Counted from the stretch's first letter, positions 43,981 through 53,657 are shown. The stretch is 64,000 bases of DNA from Clostridia bacterium (GCA_017412675.1 JAFPWV010000061.1:4197-68196), one strand, 5' to 3'. Translations and numbers: made by a program. Notes: generated by a model from the letters alone, not told the origin.

Positions 43981-45804
43981 TCATTCCGTCTTGAGCCTGC
44001 ATTCGATCGGCAGCTCGATCCGCACGGTCGTGCCCTCGGAGAGGACCGAGTCGATGGAGATCGTGCCGCCGTGCGCCTCGACGAGCTCCTTCGCAATCGC
44101 AAGGCCGAGACCTGTTCCGCCCGCGTCCTGCGTTCTCGATTTCTCCACGCGGTAGAACCGCTCGAAGAGGTGCTCGAGGTCCTCCTTCGGGATCCCGACG
44201 CCGTTGTCGCGGATCGTCAGCAGCAAACTCTTCTTCGCCCGGCTGTGCTTCAGCTCGATGTCGATGCGTCCGCCGTCCGGGGTATATTTCACGGCGTTCG
44301 AGAGGATGTTGATGATGACCTGCTCGATGCGCTGGCGGTCCGCCGTGATCGGGGGAACCTCCTTCGGCGAGCCGAACGTCACGCGATGGCGGTGCGCTTC
44401 GATGTCGGGCCGCATCACCTCGCACAGGTGGCGCACGGACTGCTTCAGATCGAAGGTCTCGATGTTCCACTTCGTGCGCTTGTTGTCCAGGCGCGAGAGC
44501 ACGAGCAGATCGGACACGATGCGCGTCATCCGGTCGCTCTCCGAGAGGACCATGTCGAGGAAGTAATCCCGCGTCGCCTCATCCATGCCCTCGTCCATGC
44601 GCACCGTCTCCGTCGCACCCTTGATGGACGTGAGCGGCGTGCGCAGCTCGTGGGAGACGTTCGCCACGAATTCCCGGCGGCTCTCGTCGAGCTCGTAGCG
44701 GCTCGTGACGTCGTGGATGATGAAGAGGTAACCGTCGAGCGTGACTTCGCCGTCCGAGATCGGCGTGAGCTTCGCAAAGCTGACGTCGTAGACCCGGCCG
44801 TCCACGCTGCGGTCGCGGAAGATGTAGCCGTCGCGCGTGACCTCGGCGTCCTCGGACGTGAGCTTCACGCCGTCCTTCGTCTCGATGAGAGGCAAGTCGA
44901 GCTTCTCGAAGCAGGCCTCGAGGGTGACGGCATTGCGTCTCAGCGCATCGCCGAAGAGCTCCTCTGCGCTGTTGTTCGAGTGCAGGACCGTCCCGTCCGC
45001 GAGGAACGCAAGCACGCCGTCGCGCATACAGGAAAGCACGGTGTCGAGCTTCTTCCGCTCACCGTCGACCTCGTCAAGCGTCGAGCGGAGCCGCTCCTTC
45101 ATATAGTTGAAATTCTCCGCGAGAACGCCGATCTCGTCCTCGGAGTTGACCTCGATCTCATGCGAGAATTCCCCCGACGCCACCCGCTGCGTGTCGCTCG
45201 TCAGGCTCTGCAGGGGCGAGGAGATGGATTTTGCGAGGAAGAACGAGAGGAGCACCGCGATGAGCACGCCGATGAGCAGGGCCTGGAGAACGATCGAGAA
45301 GAGCATCGAATTGAGGCGCCGCATCTCGTCGAGCGAGTCCTTGACGTAGACGATGCAGTCCTCGCCGTCCTCTACCGGGATGCGCACGGCCCAGTCCGCG
45401 TAGTCCATGCCGCCCGTGCGGATGTTGGTCTCGGTCCCGCTGATGGCGGAGAGGAGGTTCGGGGTGACGGCAAGGGAGGCCCCGAGGTCGGTGTCGGAGC
45501 CGTGGAGCATTTCGCCGTCCAGATTGAGGACGTAGTAGTTGCGGTACTCATCGATCCCCAGCACGCTCCGGTAGTTGGAGAGGATGTTTTTCATCTCGTA
45601 GGCGTAGTTCGGCTCGTCCGACGCCGCGAGCAGGTCCCGCATGATGAAGCCGTCCGGATCGAAGCATTCCTTCATCTGATCGGTGAAGTCGTCCATGTAG
45701 AACGACGCCACGCCGTTCATGAGGATCGCGCCGACCGCGGCCATGACGGTGATGATGAAGATGAGCAGGATCAGGACGATTTTGAAGTACAGGCTTTTCA
45801 GCAT
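43981..45804 (-). CDS. sensor histidine kinase, WalK-like (TM-extracellular-TM-HAMP-PAS-HisKA-HATPase)
   Basis: 607 aa. H-box SHELRTPLTSI. N, G1 and G2 boxes (NAVKYT, DNGVGI, GGTGLGLAI). Confidence 0.85.
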   Translation of the reverse strand: MLKSLYFKIVLILLIFIITVMAAVGAILMNGVASFYMDDFTDQMKECFDPDGFIMRDLLAASDEPNYAYEMKNILSNYRSVLGIDEYRNYYVLNLDGEMLHGSDTDLGASLAVTPNLLSAISGTETNIRTGGMDYADWAVRIPVEDGEDCIVYVKDSLDEMRRLNSMLFSIVLQALLIGVLIAVLLSFFLAKSISSPLQSLTSDTQRVASGEFSHEIEVNSEDEIGVLAENFNYMKERLRSTLDEVDGERKKLDTVLSCMRDGVLAFLADGTVLHSNNSAEELFGDALRRNAVTLEACFEKLDLPLIETKDGVKLTSEDAEVTRDGYIFRDRSVDGRVYDVSFAKLTPISDGEVTLDGYLFIIHDVTSRYELDESRREFVANVSHELRTPLTSIKGATETVRMDEGMDEATRDYFLDMVLSESDRMTRIVSDLLVLSRLDNKRTKWNIETFDLKQSVRHLCEVMRPDIEAHRHRVTFGSPKEVPPITADRQRIEQVIINILSNAVKYTPDGGRIDIELKHSRAKKSLLLTIRDNGVGIPKEDLEHLFERFYRVEKSRTQDAGGTGLGLAIAKELVEAHGGTISIDSVLSEGTTVRIELPIECRLKTE

Positions 45805-45805
45805 A

Positions 45806-46528
45806 TCACCGGTTGCAGAGGAAGTACCCGACGCCCCGCTTCGTCATGAGATATTCGGGGTGGGAGGAATCCTTCTCGATCTTCTTGCGGATGCGGGTGA
45901 TGGTGACGTCCACCGTGCGGATGTCGCCGTAATAGTCGTCGTAGCCCCAGATCTTCTCGAGGAGCTCCTCGCGGGTGAAAGCCACCCCGACGTTCTCGGC
46001 GAGGAAGGCGATGAGGTCGTAGTCCTTCTTCGAGAGCTCGATCACCTCCCCGCCCTTGGTGACGGAGTAGTGCTCGCGGTCGATGACGAGATCGCCGACG
46101 CGGATGGGCTCGACGGTCTTTTCGGGCTCCGCGCGCTTCACGACCTCCCCGGAGGAGCGGCGGATGTTCGCCCGGACCCGCGCCATGAGTTCCTTGAAGG
46201 AGAAGGGCTTCGTGACGTAGTCGTCCGCCCCGGTCTCGAGCCCGAGGATGCGGTCCTTTTCCTCCTCGCGGGCCGTGACGAAGATGATCGGGACCTGGCT
46301 CTTCATCCGGACCTGATCGCAGATCTCAAACCCCGTCATCTTCGGGAGCATGATGTCGAGCAGCAGAAGATCGTAGGCGTCCGTGAGCGCCATCTCGAGC
46401 CCCTTTTCCCCGTCGTACGCGACGTCGCACTCATATCCTTCCTTGCGGATGTTGTAGGCGAGGACCGCGGCGATGTTGCGCTCGTCCTCGACGACCAGAA
46501 TCCTCTTTGCGCGTTCTTTTTCTTCCAT
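45806..46528 (-). CDS. OmpR-family response regulator, WalR-like
   Basis: 240 aa. Receiver domain with the LLLDIMLP phospho-Asp region and a winged-helix C-terminus (RTVDVTITRIRKKIE). Confidence 0.9.
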   Translation of the reverse strand: MEEKERAKRILVVEDERNIAAVLAYNIRKEGYECDVAYDGEKGLEMALTDAYDLLLLDIMLPKMTGFEICDQVRMKSQVPIIFVTAREEEKDRILGLETGADDYVTKPFSFKELMARVRANIRRSSGEVVKRAEPEKTVEPIRVGDLVIDREHYSVTKGGEVIELSKKDYDLIAFLAENVGVAFTREELLEKIWGYDDYYGDIRTVDVTITRIRKKIEKDSSHPEYLMTKRGVGYFLCNR

Positions 46529-46618
46529 GTCTACCTCCGCGCGGGCAGCGTGCCCGCCATGAACCGTTCCAAAGCTTTATCGTTTCCATCTCGGCTGAAA
46601 ATATAATATTCCGAGTAT

Positions 46619-46647
46619 ATTTTAGCACAAAACCTTCTTTCATGCAA
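46619..46647 (-). promoter_or_regulatory. SigA-type promoter of the two-component operon
   Basis: On the minus strand, TTGCAT, 17 nt, TAAAAT. Confidence 0.5.
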
Positions 46648-46748
46648 GAAGAAATTGGAAATTGGGGAAAAAGGGAGATTGCACAAAGCGGCGGGGGCCC
46701 GGAGCCGTGAGAATTTACACTTTCCCGGGCGTTTTTTTCGAAAACCTG

Positions 46749-46777
46749 TTGATTAAATCCGGAAAATATGGTATCAT
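46749..46777 (+). promoter_or_regulatory. SigA-type promoter of pgk-tpiA
   Basis: TTGATT, 17 nt, TATCAT. Confidence 0.5.
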
Positions 46778-46821
46778 ATCCTTCGGCAATCTATTAAAAA
46801 ATCTCAAAGAAGAGGTATTCC

Positions 46822-48018
46822 ATGACTTACAACAAGAAATCCGTAGAAGACATCGACGTCGCCGGCAGAAAAGCCCTTGTCCGCTGCGACTTCAACGTCC
46901 CGCTCAAGGACGGCGTCATCACCGATGAAAACCGCATCACCGGCGCGCTCCCGACGATCAACTATCTCCGCGAGCACGGCGCGAAGGTCATCCTCTGCTC
47001 CCACCTCGGCAGACCGAAGGGCGAATTCAACATGAAGTACTCCCTCGCTCCCGTGGCGAAGAGACTCTCCGAGCGCCTCGGCGTCGAGGTCCCGCTGGCT
47101 GCCGACGTCATCGGCGAAGACGCGAAGGCAAAGGCTGCCGCGCTCCGTGACGGCGACGTGATGCTCATCGAGAACGTCCGCTTCCACGCCGAAGAAGAGA
47201 AGAACGATCCCGCGTTCGCGAAGGCCCTGGCGGATCTCGCGGGCGAAGGCGGCATCTTCGTCAACGACGCGTTCGGCACGGCGCACAGAGCGCACGCTTC
47301 CACCGCCGGCGTGGCCGATTATCTCCCGGCCGTCTGCGGCTTCCTGATCCAGAAGGAAATCTCCATCATGGGCAAGGCTCTCGAGGATCCGGCCCGTCCG
47401 TTCGTCGCCATCCTCGGCGGCGCGAAGGTCTCCGACAAGATCGGCGTCATCAACAACCTCATCGAAAAGGTCGACACCCTCATCATCGGCGGCGGCATGG
47501 CGTACACCTTCTTCCGCGCGCTCGGCAACACCACCGGCTCCTCCCTCTGCGAAGTGGATAAGCTCGACCTCGCCCGCGAACTCATCGCGAAGGCCAGAGC
47601 GAAGGGCGTCTCCTTCATCCTCCCCGTCGACAACGTGATCGGCCGCGAGTACAAGGAAGACACGACCTTCATGCGCATCTACTCCGACTCCATTCCGGAC
47701 GGCTGGATGGGCCTCGACATCGGCGAGAAGACGCAGGAGCTCTTCTCCAAGTCCATCATCGGCGCAGGCACCGTGGTCTGGAACGGCCCGATGGGCGTCT
47801 CCGAATGGGAAAACTTCGCGTCCGGTACCCGTGCCGTGGCGAAGGCTGTTGCGGAAAGCGGCGCGATCTCCATCATCGGCGGCGGTGACTCCGCTGCGGC
47901 GGTCGAGCAGCTCGGCTTCGGCGACAAGATGACCCACATCTCCACCGGCGGCGGCGCGTCCCTCGAGTTCCTCGAAGGCCTCGAGCTTCCCGGCATCGCC
48001 TGCCTCGAAGACAAATAA
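46822..48018 (+). CDS. pgk: phosphoglycerate kinase
   Basis: 398 aa. [16 protein letters not shown] and [10 protein letters not shown] motifs. Confidence 0.97.
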   Translation: MTYNKKSVEDIDVAGRKALVRCDFNVPLKDGVITDENRITGALPTINYLREHGAKVILCSHLGRPKGEFNMKYSLAPVAKRLSERLGVEVPLAADVIGEDAKAKAAALRDGDVMLIENVRFHAEEEKNDPAFAKALADLAGEGGIFVNDAFGTAHRAHASTAGVADYLPAVCGFLIQKEISIMGKALEDPARPFVAILGGAKVSDKIGVINNLIEKVDTLIIGGGMAYTFFRALGNTTGSSLCEVDKLDLARELIAKARAKGVSFILPVDNVIGREYKEDTTFMRIYSDSIPDGWMGLDIGEKTQELFSKSIIGAGTVVWNGPMGVSEWENFASGTRAVAKAVAESGAISIIGGGDSAAAVEQLGFGDKMTHISTGGGASLEFLEGLELPGIACLEDK

Positions 48019-48083
48019 GATCAGAATACACGGCGGGAGGGCGATTCACCCTCCCTTCCCGATTGATAGAGGAGATTTCCATC

Positions 48084-48854
48084 ATGAAAAAAGAATCCCG
48101 CAGCGTCATCATCGCAGGCAACTGGAAGATGAACATGACCCCCTCCGCCGCGAAGGCCGCCGTTGAAAAGACCGCAGCCCTCACCGCAGGCAAGACCGGA
48201 TGCGAGGTCGTCCTCTGCGTCCCCTTCGTCGACATCGCCGTCGCCGTGGAAGCCGCGAAAGGCACGAACGTCAAGATCGGCGCGCAGAACGTCCACTTTG
48301 AAGCAAAAGGCGCGTTCACCGGAGAGATCTCGGCCGATATGCTCCTCGAAAGCGGCGCGGAATACGTCATCGTCGGCCACTCCGAGAGACGGCAGTACTT
48401 CGGCGAGACGGACGAAACCGTCAACAAACGGACCCGCGCTGCCCTCAACGCCGGGCTCAAGGTCATCCTCTGCCTCGGCGAAGTGCTCGCAGAGCGTCAG
48501 GCCGGCATCACCGAGGAGATCGTCTCCATGCAGACGAAGCTCGATCTGGCCGGGATTCCCGCGGAGCAGATGAAGAACGTGATCATCGCCTACGAGCCCG
48601 TCTGGGCCATCGGCACCGGCCTCACCGCGACCCCGGATCAGGCCGAGGAGGTCTGCGCCATCATCCGCTCAGTCGTCGCCGGGCTCTACACCCCCGAGAT
48701 CGCGGAAGCCCTCACGATCCAGTACGGCGGCAGCATGAACGACGGCAACGCCGCGGAGCTGCTCTCCAAGGTCGACGTGGACGGCGGTCTGATCGGCGGC
48801 GCGTCCCTCGTTCCCGAGAAGTTCGCAAAGATCGTCGACGCCGCGCAGGCGTAA
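48084..48854 (+). CDS. tpiA: triosephosphate isomerase
   Basis: Start MKKESRSVIIAGNWKMN. GHSERR and AYEPVWAIGTG motifs. Confidence 0.95.
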   Translation: MKKESRSVIIAGNWKMNMTPSAAKAAVEKTAALTAGKTGCEVVLCVPFVDIAVAVEAAKGTNVKIGAQNVHFEAKGAFTGEISADMLLESGAEYVIVGHSERRQYFGETDETVNKRTRAALNAGLKVILCLGEVLAERQAGITEEIVSMQTKLDLAGIPAEQMKNVIIAYEPVWAIGTGLTATPDQAEEVCAIIRSVVAGLYTPEIAEALTIQYGGSMNDGNAAELLSKVDVDGGLIGGASLVPEKFAKIVDAAQA

Positions 48855-48870
48855 ACGAAACAATCAGGCA

Positions 48871-48896
48871 AACGGCAGTCCCACCTGCCGTTTTCT
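48871..48896 (+). terminator. intrinsic terminator after tpiA
   Basis: Stem AACGGCAG/CTGCCGTT followed by TTCTT. Confidence 0.65.
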
Positions 48897-48912
48897 TGAC
48901 ACGGAGGAAAGC

Positions 48913-50319
48913 ATGAAACACACACCGTTTGATTTCGATTCCCTCTCCCTGCTCGCGGTCGGCCTGCCCGAATCGCTCCGGTCGCTCCGCTATGCCGGGC
49001 GCTTCGAGGAGGAGCTCACCGAGATCGACCGCCTGCTTTCGGATCAGTCCCACCCGGTCTACGAGCCGATCCTGAGAGCCCGTCTCGAGCTCGAGAAGAT
49101 CCTCGCCGCGGGCGTCTCCTACGATTTTTCCGTGACGTGGGAGGATATGCTCGCCAAGTTCCGCGCGGACTACCCTGGCTTCGAGGAGAAGGACCTCTTC
49201 GCGCTCATCGATTCCGGCCACGCGGACACCCTCATCGGGCCGGAACCCCTCCCCGCCGGGTACCGCTTCCAGGTGGACGCCTACGACAACCTGACGGACT
49301 GCTGCGAGGGCTATCTCTATGAGCTCACCCATCCGGGCGAGACCTATCAGCCGACGAAGAACGCCCTCCGCCACGGGGCGATGGAACACATCAAAAAGCA
49401 CGGCAAAATGTCGGTCCGCTTCACCCTGACGGAGTCGATCGCGCCGAAGGAGGATTTCCTCTTCCCGGGCAAGCGCTTCCGTGCATGGCTCCCCTTCCCC
49501 GCCGTCACGCCGGAGCAGAGCGGCATCGAGCTCCTCTCGTCGAACCGCCCCGTCCAGACCGACGACCATCCGATCCGCACGGCCTACGCGGAATTCGACA
49601 TGGCGCCGGGGGAGAAACTCGAGATCCGGTTCCGCTTCACGAACACGGCAACCTATCACGACCTCTCGGACGAAGCCGCGCGCGAGGGTTATCCGGATTC
49701 GGTGAAGCCCTATCTCGAAGAGCAGTACCCCCACATCCGCTTCACGCCCTACCTCACCATGCTGGCGAAGGAGCTCACCAGCGGGATCACGAACCCGCTC
49801 GCGAAGGCCCGCGCCATTTACAACTATGTGACGACGCACGTCCGTTACTCCTACATGCGGGAATACCGCTGGATGGACAACCTCCCCGAATACCCGGCGA
49901 TGAACGGGCGCGGCGACTGCGGGGTGCAGGCCCTGTTGTTCATCACGCTCTGCCGTCTGGCGGGCGTACCGGCGCGCTGGCAGTCCGGCAACTCCTGCCG
50001 TCCGACGGGCGTGGGCAGTCACGACTGGGCGCTGTTCTATGTGGAGCCGTGGGGCTGGATGCCGTGCGATCCGTCCTTCGGCGGCGGGATGCTCCGGAAC
50101 GGGGACGAGGAAGGCCACGCGTGGTACTTCGGCAACCTCGACCCGTACCGCTTCGTCGCCTGCACGGAATTCCAGAAGCAGCTCTCCCCCGCGAAGACGT
50201 ATTTCCGTTTCGACCCCTACGACAACCAGAGCGGCGAGGCGGAATACGAGGATCTGCGCCTCGACCCGTGGGAAACGGTGCGGATCAAGCGCGTGGAGGA
50301 AGCGGAGACGGTGGAATAA
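48913..50319 (+). CDS. transglutaminase-like domain protein
   Basis: 468 aa. GDCGVQALLFITLCRLAGVPARW (catalytic Cys), then HDWALFY (His) and CDPS (Asp). Confidence 0.75.
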   Translation: MKHTPFDFDSLSLLAVGLPESLRSLRYAGRFEEELTEIDRLLSDQSHPVYEPILRARLELEKILAAGVSYDFSVTWEDMLAKFRADYPGFEEKDLFALIDSGHADTLIGPEPLPAGYRFQVDAYDNLTDCCEGYLYELTHPGETYQPTKNALRHGAMEHIKKHGKMSVRFTLTESIAPKEDFLFPGKRFRAWLPFPAVTPEQSGIELLSSNRPVQTDDHPIRTAYAEFDMAPGEKLEIRFRFTNTATYHDLSDEAAREGYPDSVKPYLEEQYPHIRFTPYLTMLAKELTSGITNPLAKARAIYNYVTTHVRYSYMREYRWMDNLPEYPAMNGRGDCGVQALLFITLCRLAGVPARWQSGNSCRPTGVGSHDWALFYVEPWGWMPCDPSFGGGMLRNGDEEGHAWYFGNLDPYRFVACTEFQKQLSPAKTYFRFDPYDNQSGEAEYEDLRLDPWETVRIKRVEEAETVE

Positions 50320-50342
50320 GGGAATCGCTCATCCTGACGAGA

Positions 50343-50390
50343 GGCTGTCGCATCGTCTCCTGAAACGGAGAAATGCAACAGCCTTTTCGC
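50343..50390 (+). terminator. intrinsic terminator (GGCTGTCGCAT hairpin family, inverse copy)
   Basis: Stem GGCTGTCGCAT/ATGCAACAGCC followed by TTTTCGC. The loop CGTCTCCTGAAACGGAGAA mirrors the loop at 2710-2729. Confidence 0.6.
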
Positions 50391-50440
50391 AGAGAAAATC
50401 CGCGTTGAAACCGGGTTCCAGATGCGGCAATGCCGCCGCT

Positions 50441-50640
50441 GCACATTGTCATTCCGAGGAAGGCGTCCCGAGACGCCTGACGTGGGAATCTCTCCGATAT
50501 TGAGGAGCACGACGAAAACCGGGTGCCAATTTCGGGTCGCTGTACATGACATTGTCACCAATTCTCTGCCTGCATCTTCCGGTTTGGAGAGATTGCCACG
50601 TCGCGATTCTTGGGAATCGCTCCTCGCAATGACAAGCTGA
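50441..50640. repeat. inverted pair of ~50-nt palindromic elements (X1 50450-50490, X2 50591-50631) around a ~95-bp core
   Basis: CATTGTCATTCCGAGGA-AGGCGTC-CCGA-GACGCCT-GACGTGGGAATCTCTCC against the reverse complement CTTGTCATTGCGAGGA-GCGATTC-CCAA-GAATCGC-GACGTGGCAATCTCTCC. Confidence 0.8.
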
Positions 50641-50749
50641 AGTTGGATAGTGCAGAAAACCAGCACCCATTCCGTGTTTGCACCTCCCTCTCATTGCGCG
50701 CATTTTTCCGCCCAAAATTGTTAAATTTCTCCCCTCTCCCGTTTCCCTC

Positions 50750-50778
50750 TTGCATCCGGCGGCGATTTCCGTTATAAT
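50750..50778 (+). promoter_or_regulatory. SigA-type promoter of the ECF S-component gene
   Basis: TTGCAT, 17 nt, TATAAT. Confidence 0.55.
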
Positions 50779-50894
50779 GGGCTTGTCGGCCGAAGCCGTC
50801 GCTGCGATATCACGAAGATATCCGTGTTTTTCCCCATCCGAGGGGAGGAATGCGGATTTTTTGATCCCACATCACATCCACCGGAGGTCCTCCC

Positions 50895-51452
50895 ATGAGC
50901 AATTCCACTGGCAAATCCAAAACCGGAAACAAAACCGTGCGGCAGATGGTGTTCGCCGCGCTCTTCCTCGCGATCGGACAGGTCCTGCCCCTTGTCACCG
51001 CCCACATCCCCGTCATCGCAAAGATGATCTCCCCGATGCACATCCCCGCCTTCCTCTGCGGCTTCGTCTGCGGTCCGATCTGGGGCGCGGTCGTCGGCTT
51101 CGTCTGCCCCCTGCTCCGGATGCTGCTCTTCGGTATGCCCGCGTTCCCGATGTCCCTCTACATGGCGTTCGAGCTCTGCACCTACGGTCTCATGGCGGGG
51201 CTTCTCTACCGCGTCTTCCCGAAGAAGGTCCCGTATCTCTATCTCAACCTCGTGATCTCGATGATCGTCGGGCGGATCGTCTACTGCATCATCTTCGCGC
51301 TGTTCAGTGGCAACGTCGTCGGCGTCCCCGCGTTCTTCGCGCTCTTCGGCACGCAGTTCGTGAACACCTGGGCGGGCATCCTCATCCATCTTGCGATCAT
51401 CCCGCCGATCGTGCTGGCCCTCAAAAAGGCCGAGCTGATGGCGAACGAATAA
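50895..51452 (+). CDS. ECF transporter S component (substrate unknown)
   Basis: 185 aa with 5-6 TM segments. TVRQMVFAALFLAIGQVLP and PMHIPAFLCGFVCGPIWG are typical of ECF substrate-capture subunits. No ecfA/ecfT genes nearby. Confidence 0.7.
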   Translation: MSNSTGKSKTGNKTVRQMVFAALFLAIGQVLPLVTAHIPVIAKMISPMHIPAFLCGFVCGPIWGAVVGFVCPLLRMLLFGMPAFPMSLYMAFELCTYGLMAGLLYRVFPKKVPYLYLNLVISMIVGRIVYCIIFALFSGNVVGVPAFFALFGTQFVNTWAGILIHLAIIPPIVLALKKAELMANE

Positions 51453-51549
51453 GCAAGGGTTTGAGGGCATTCTCCGAGTATTTACACTTGTGTTTTAACA
51501 GAACCGCAACATCCTTGAAGCAAGGTTGCTTTTCCCTTCTCAAGCCACG

Positions 51550-51595
51550 GATTGCCGCGTCACAGGTCGAGGGACCTGCCTGCTCCTCGCAATCC
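51550..51595. repeat. third, more degenerate copy of the ATTGC...GCAAT palindromic element (X3)
   Basis: GATTGCCGCGTCA-CAGGTC-GAGG-GACCTG-CCTGCTCCTCGCAATCC. Confidence 0.6.
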
Positions 51596-51651
51596 ATATT
51601 CCCGACACAAAAATCCCGGACCCTTTTGGGCATCCGGGACTTTTTTGTTTC

Positions 51652-51669
51652 ATTCTGAATTCTGAATTC
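51652..51669. repeat. GAATTCT heptamer array (short)
   Basis: ATTCTGAATTCTGAATTC, directly after a terminator hairpin (TCCCGGA/TCCGGGA + TTTTTT). Confidence 0.7.
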
Positions 51670-51677
51670 CTCGTTCC

Positions 51678-52625
51678 TCATTTGATCAGCAGGTTCACCG
51701 CGCCGATAACGGCACCGATGAGCGCGCCGAGGTTGATGACGGCCTGGAGCTCGTGCTTCATGACCGACATGACGAGCCCTTCGAGCTCCGCCGGATTCAT
51801 CGATTCGATCTTCTCGCGCACGATGCCCGCGATGTCGGTTTTCTCGGAAAAGGACGCGCCGAACTGCTCGATGAAGCGGTCGAGGATCCGGCCGATCGCC
51901 TCCGCTGCCGCCTCTTTTTCGAGGTGCAGCTCCCCGGCGAGATCCCGAAACGGCGTCTCTCTGAGGGTCTCGGCCTCCTCCGTCACGAGCCGCCGGATGA
52001 GCGCGCGGCCGTCCCCGGCGAGATAGGAGCGCAGGGCCCCCTCCACCTTGTCGATGATCGCGTCCACCGCCGAGGCGTTCAGAAACATGGCGATCATCGG
52101 GTTGCGGCGGTAATCCTGCACGCCCTCCCAGACGAGGTCCTCGATCGGGGTGTGAAGATCCGCCGCGGCCATTTTCTCGACCACGCGGTCCGTCACGAAG
52201 GCCCCGATCCGTCCGGCGATCCCCTCGTCCTCTTTGGGCACGAGCGCACCGATCTCGTCCTCTTCTTCGGATCGCGCTTCATCGGGCACCTTTGCAGGCT
52301 CGTCCTCCGAGAGGCTTGCGAGGGAGAGCTCGGTCTCGAAAACGGCGTCGGCGATGCGTCCTGCGATCTCCGCCTTCGCGCCGCTGTTTTTCAGCTGATC
52401 GACCAGGTCGGTCTCCGTGAAGAGCTGGGTGCTGACGGCGCCGCCCACGGCCTTTGCGATGCGGCTCTGATTCTTCGGGATGATCCCCGGCGTGAACGGG
52501 AGCTGCCATTTCCCGAGCATTATCGGCTTGTGCGGGTGGAAGAGCATCCGGATGGCGAGGTCGTTCGTGAAATACCCGATCAGCGCGCCGAGCAGGATCG
52601 GGAGGAGGATTCTCAAAATGGGCAT
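51678..52625 (-). CDS. DUF445 family membrane protein
   Basis: 315 aa. LIGYFTNDLAIRMLFHPHKP and LPFTPGIIPKNQ are DUF445 hallmarks. GAGGAG Shine-Dalgarno sequence. Confidence 0.7.
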   Translation of the reverse strand: MPILRILLPILLGALIGYFTNDLAIRMLFHPHKPIMLGKWQLPFTPGIIPKNQSRIAKAVGGAVSTQLFTETDLVDQLKNSGAKAEIAGRIADAVFETELSLASLSEDEPAKVPDEARSEEEDEIGALVPKEDEGIAGRIGAFVTDRVVEKMAAADLHTPIEDLVWEGVQDYRRNPMIAMFLNASAVDAIIDKVEGALRSYLAGDGRALIRRLVTEEAETLRETPFRDLAGELHLEKEAAAEAIGRILDRFIEQFGASFSEKTDIAGIVREKIESMNPAELEGLVMSVMKHELQAVINLGALIGAVIGAVNLLIK

Positions 52626-52655
52626 GGTGTCTCCTCGGAAAAGTGGATTCTGTCG

Positions 52656-53657
52656 TCAGTCTCTGACGAACGGCTTCACGCCTTCGACCGCCTTCTTCGG
52701 GCTGATCACGGCGTCTCCGTTGTCGATGTCGACGAGGAAGTACCGGTCGTTGCCCATGCCGAGCTCCTTCATGTAGGAGAGCTGGCGGTAGCCGTGGCGG
52801 CTCTCGATCCGCTCGATGAAGTCGCGGTGGTCGCGCTCGCTCATCGCAGCGATGAGATCGACCGAGGCCTGATCGACGGCGAGGATGTCGGTCGAGGCGA
52901 GGATCCCGACGTTCGGCGTGACTACGGGCTGGGCCGCGACCCCTTCGCAGTCGCACGACACGGACATGTTGCGCATCACGTTGACGTAGGTGATCCGCCG
53001 CCCGAAGAAGTCGACCGTCGCCTTCGCGGATTCGGTCATCTTCTCCATGAACTCCTCTTCGTTGACGCCCCACTGCGCCGCGCCCTTCTGGTGGATCATC
53101 TTCTTCCCGATCCGGCCGTCCGCGCATCCGATGCCGATGTTCTTGTTCGAGCCGCCGAAGCCGCCCATGGTGTGGCCCTTGAAGTGCGTGAGGACCACGA
53201 GGGAATCGTAGGTCAGAAGGGATTTCCCGACACTCATCGCGTCGAACCACTTGCCGCCCTTCACGGGGAGCTCCGCCGTCCCGTGCTCGTCCATGATGTC
53301 GACCGGGCAGAAATTCCAGCCGTTGACGGCGAGCGTCTTCCGGTGCTGCTCCGTCGTATAGCGATCGCCCTCATAGAAGGTGTTGGTCTCGACGATCACG
53401 GCATCCGGGAGCTCCTTCTCGAGGAATACCTTCACCCATGCCGGGGGGATGATGTTCGGGCCGTGCTGCTCGCCGGTGTGGAGCTTGACGGCGACCTTGC
53501 CCGTGGTGTTCCCGTTCACGCGCTCGTAGATCGTCTCGATGCCCGCGGGGGAGAGATCGCGGGTGAAATACACAAGGGATTCGTTTCCGCACCGCTCCTC
53601 ATAGGGAACGTAGCGGGTCCCGCCGCCTCCGGGAACTGCTTTTCTGATGTTCAGCAT
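52656..53657 (-). CDS. DUF362 domain protein
   Basis: 333 aa. VAVKLHTGE, LTHFKGH and GGFGGSNKNIGIG resemble DUF362. Confidence 0.65.
   Translation of the reverse strand: MLNIRKAVPGGGGTRYVPYEERCGNESLVYFTRDLSPAGIETIYERVNGNTTGKVAVKLHTGEQHGPNIIPPAWVKVFLEKELPDAVIVETNTFYEGDRYTTEQHRKTLAVNGWNFCPVDIMDEHGTAELPVKGGKWFDAMSVGKSLLTYDSLVVLTHFKGHTMGGFGGSNKNIGIGCADGRIGKKMIHQKGAAQWGVNEEEFMEKMTESAKATVDFFGRRITYVNVMRNMSVSCDCEGVAAQPVVTPNVGILASTDILAVDQASVDLIAAMSERDHRDFIERIESRHGYRQLSYMKELGMGNDRYFLVDIDNGDAVISPKKAVEGVKPFVRD

Noticed and set aside
50320-50894. A hidden protein gene in the 575-bp gap before the ECF S-component gene (several 60-150-aa ORFs on both strands).
   Set aside because: All candidate ORFs overlap the palindromic X elements or the terminator hairpin, have no Shine-Dalgarno sequence, and translate to low-complexity Arg/Ser/Cys-rich sequence.
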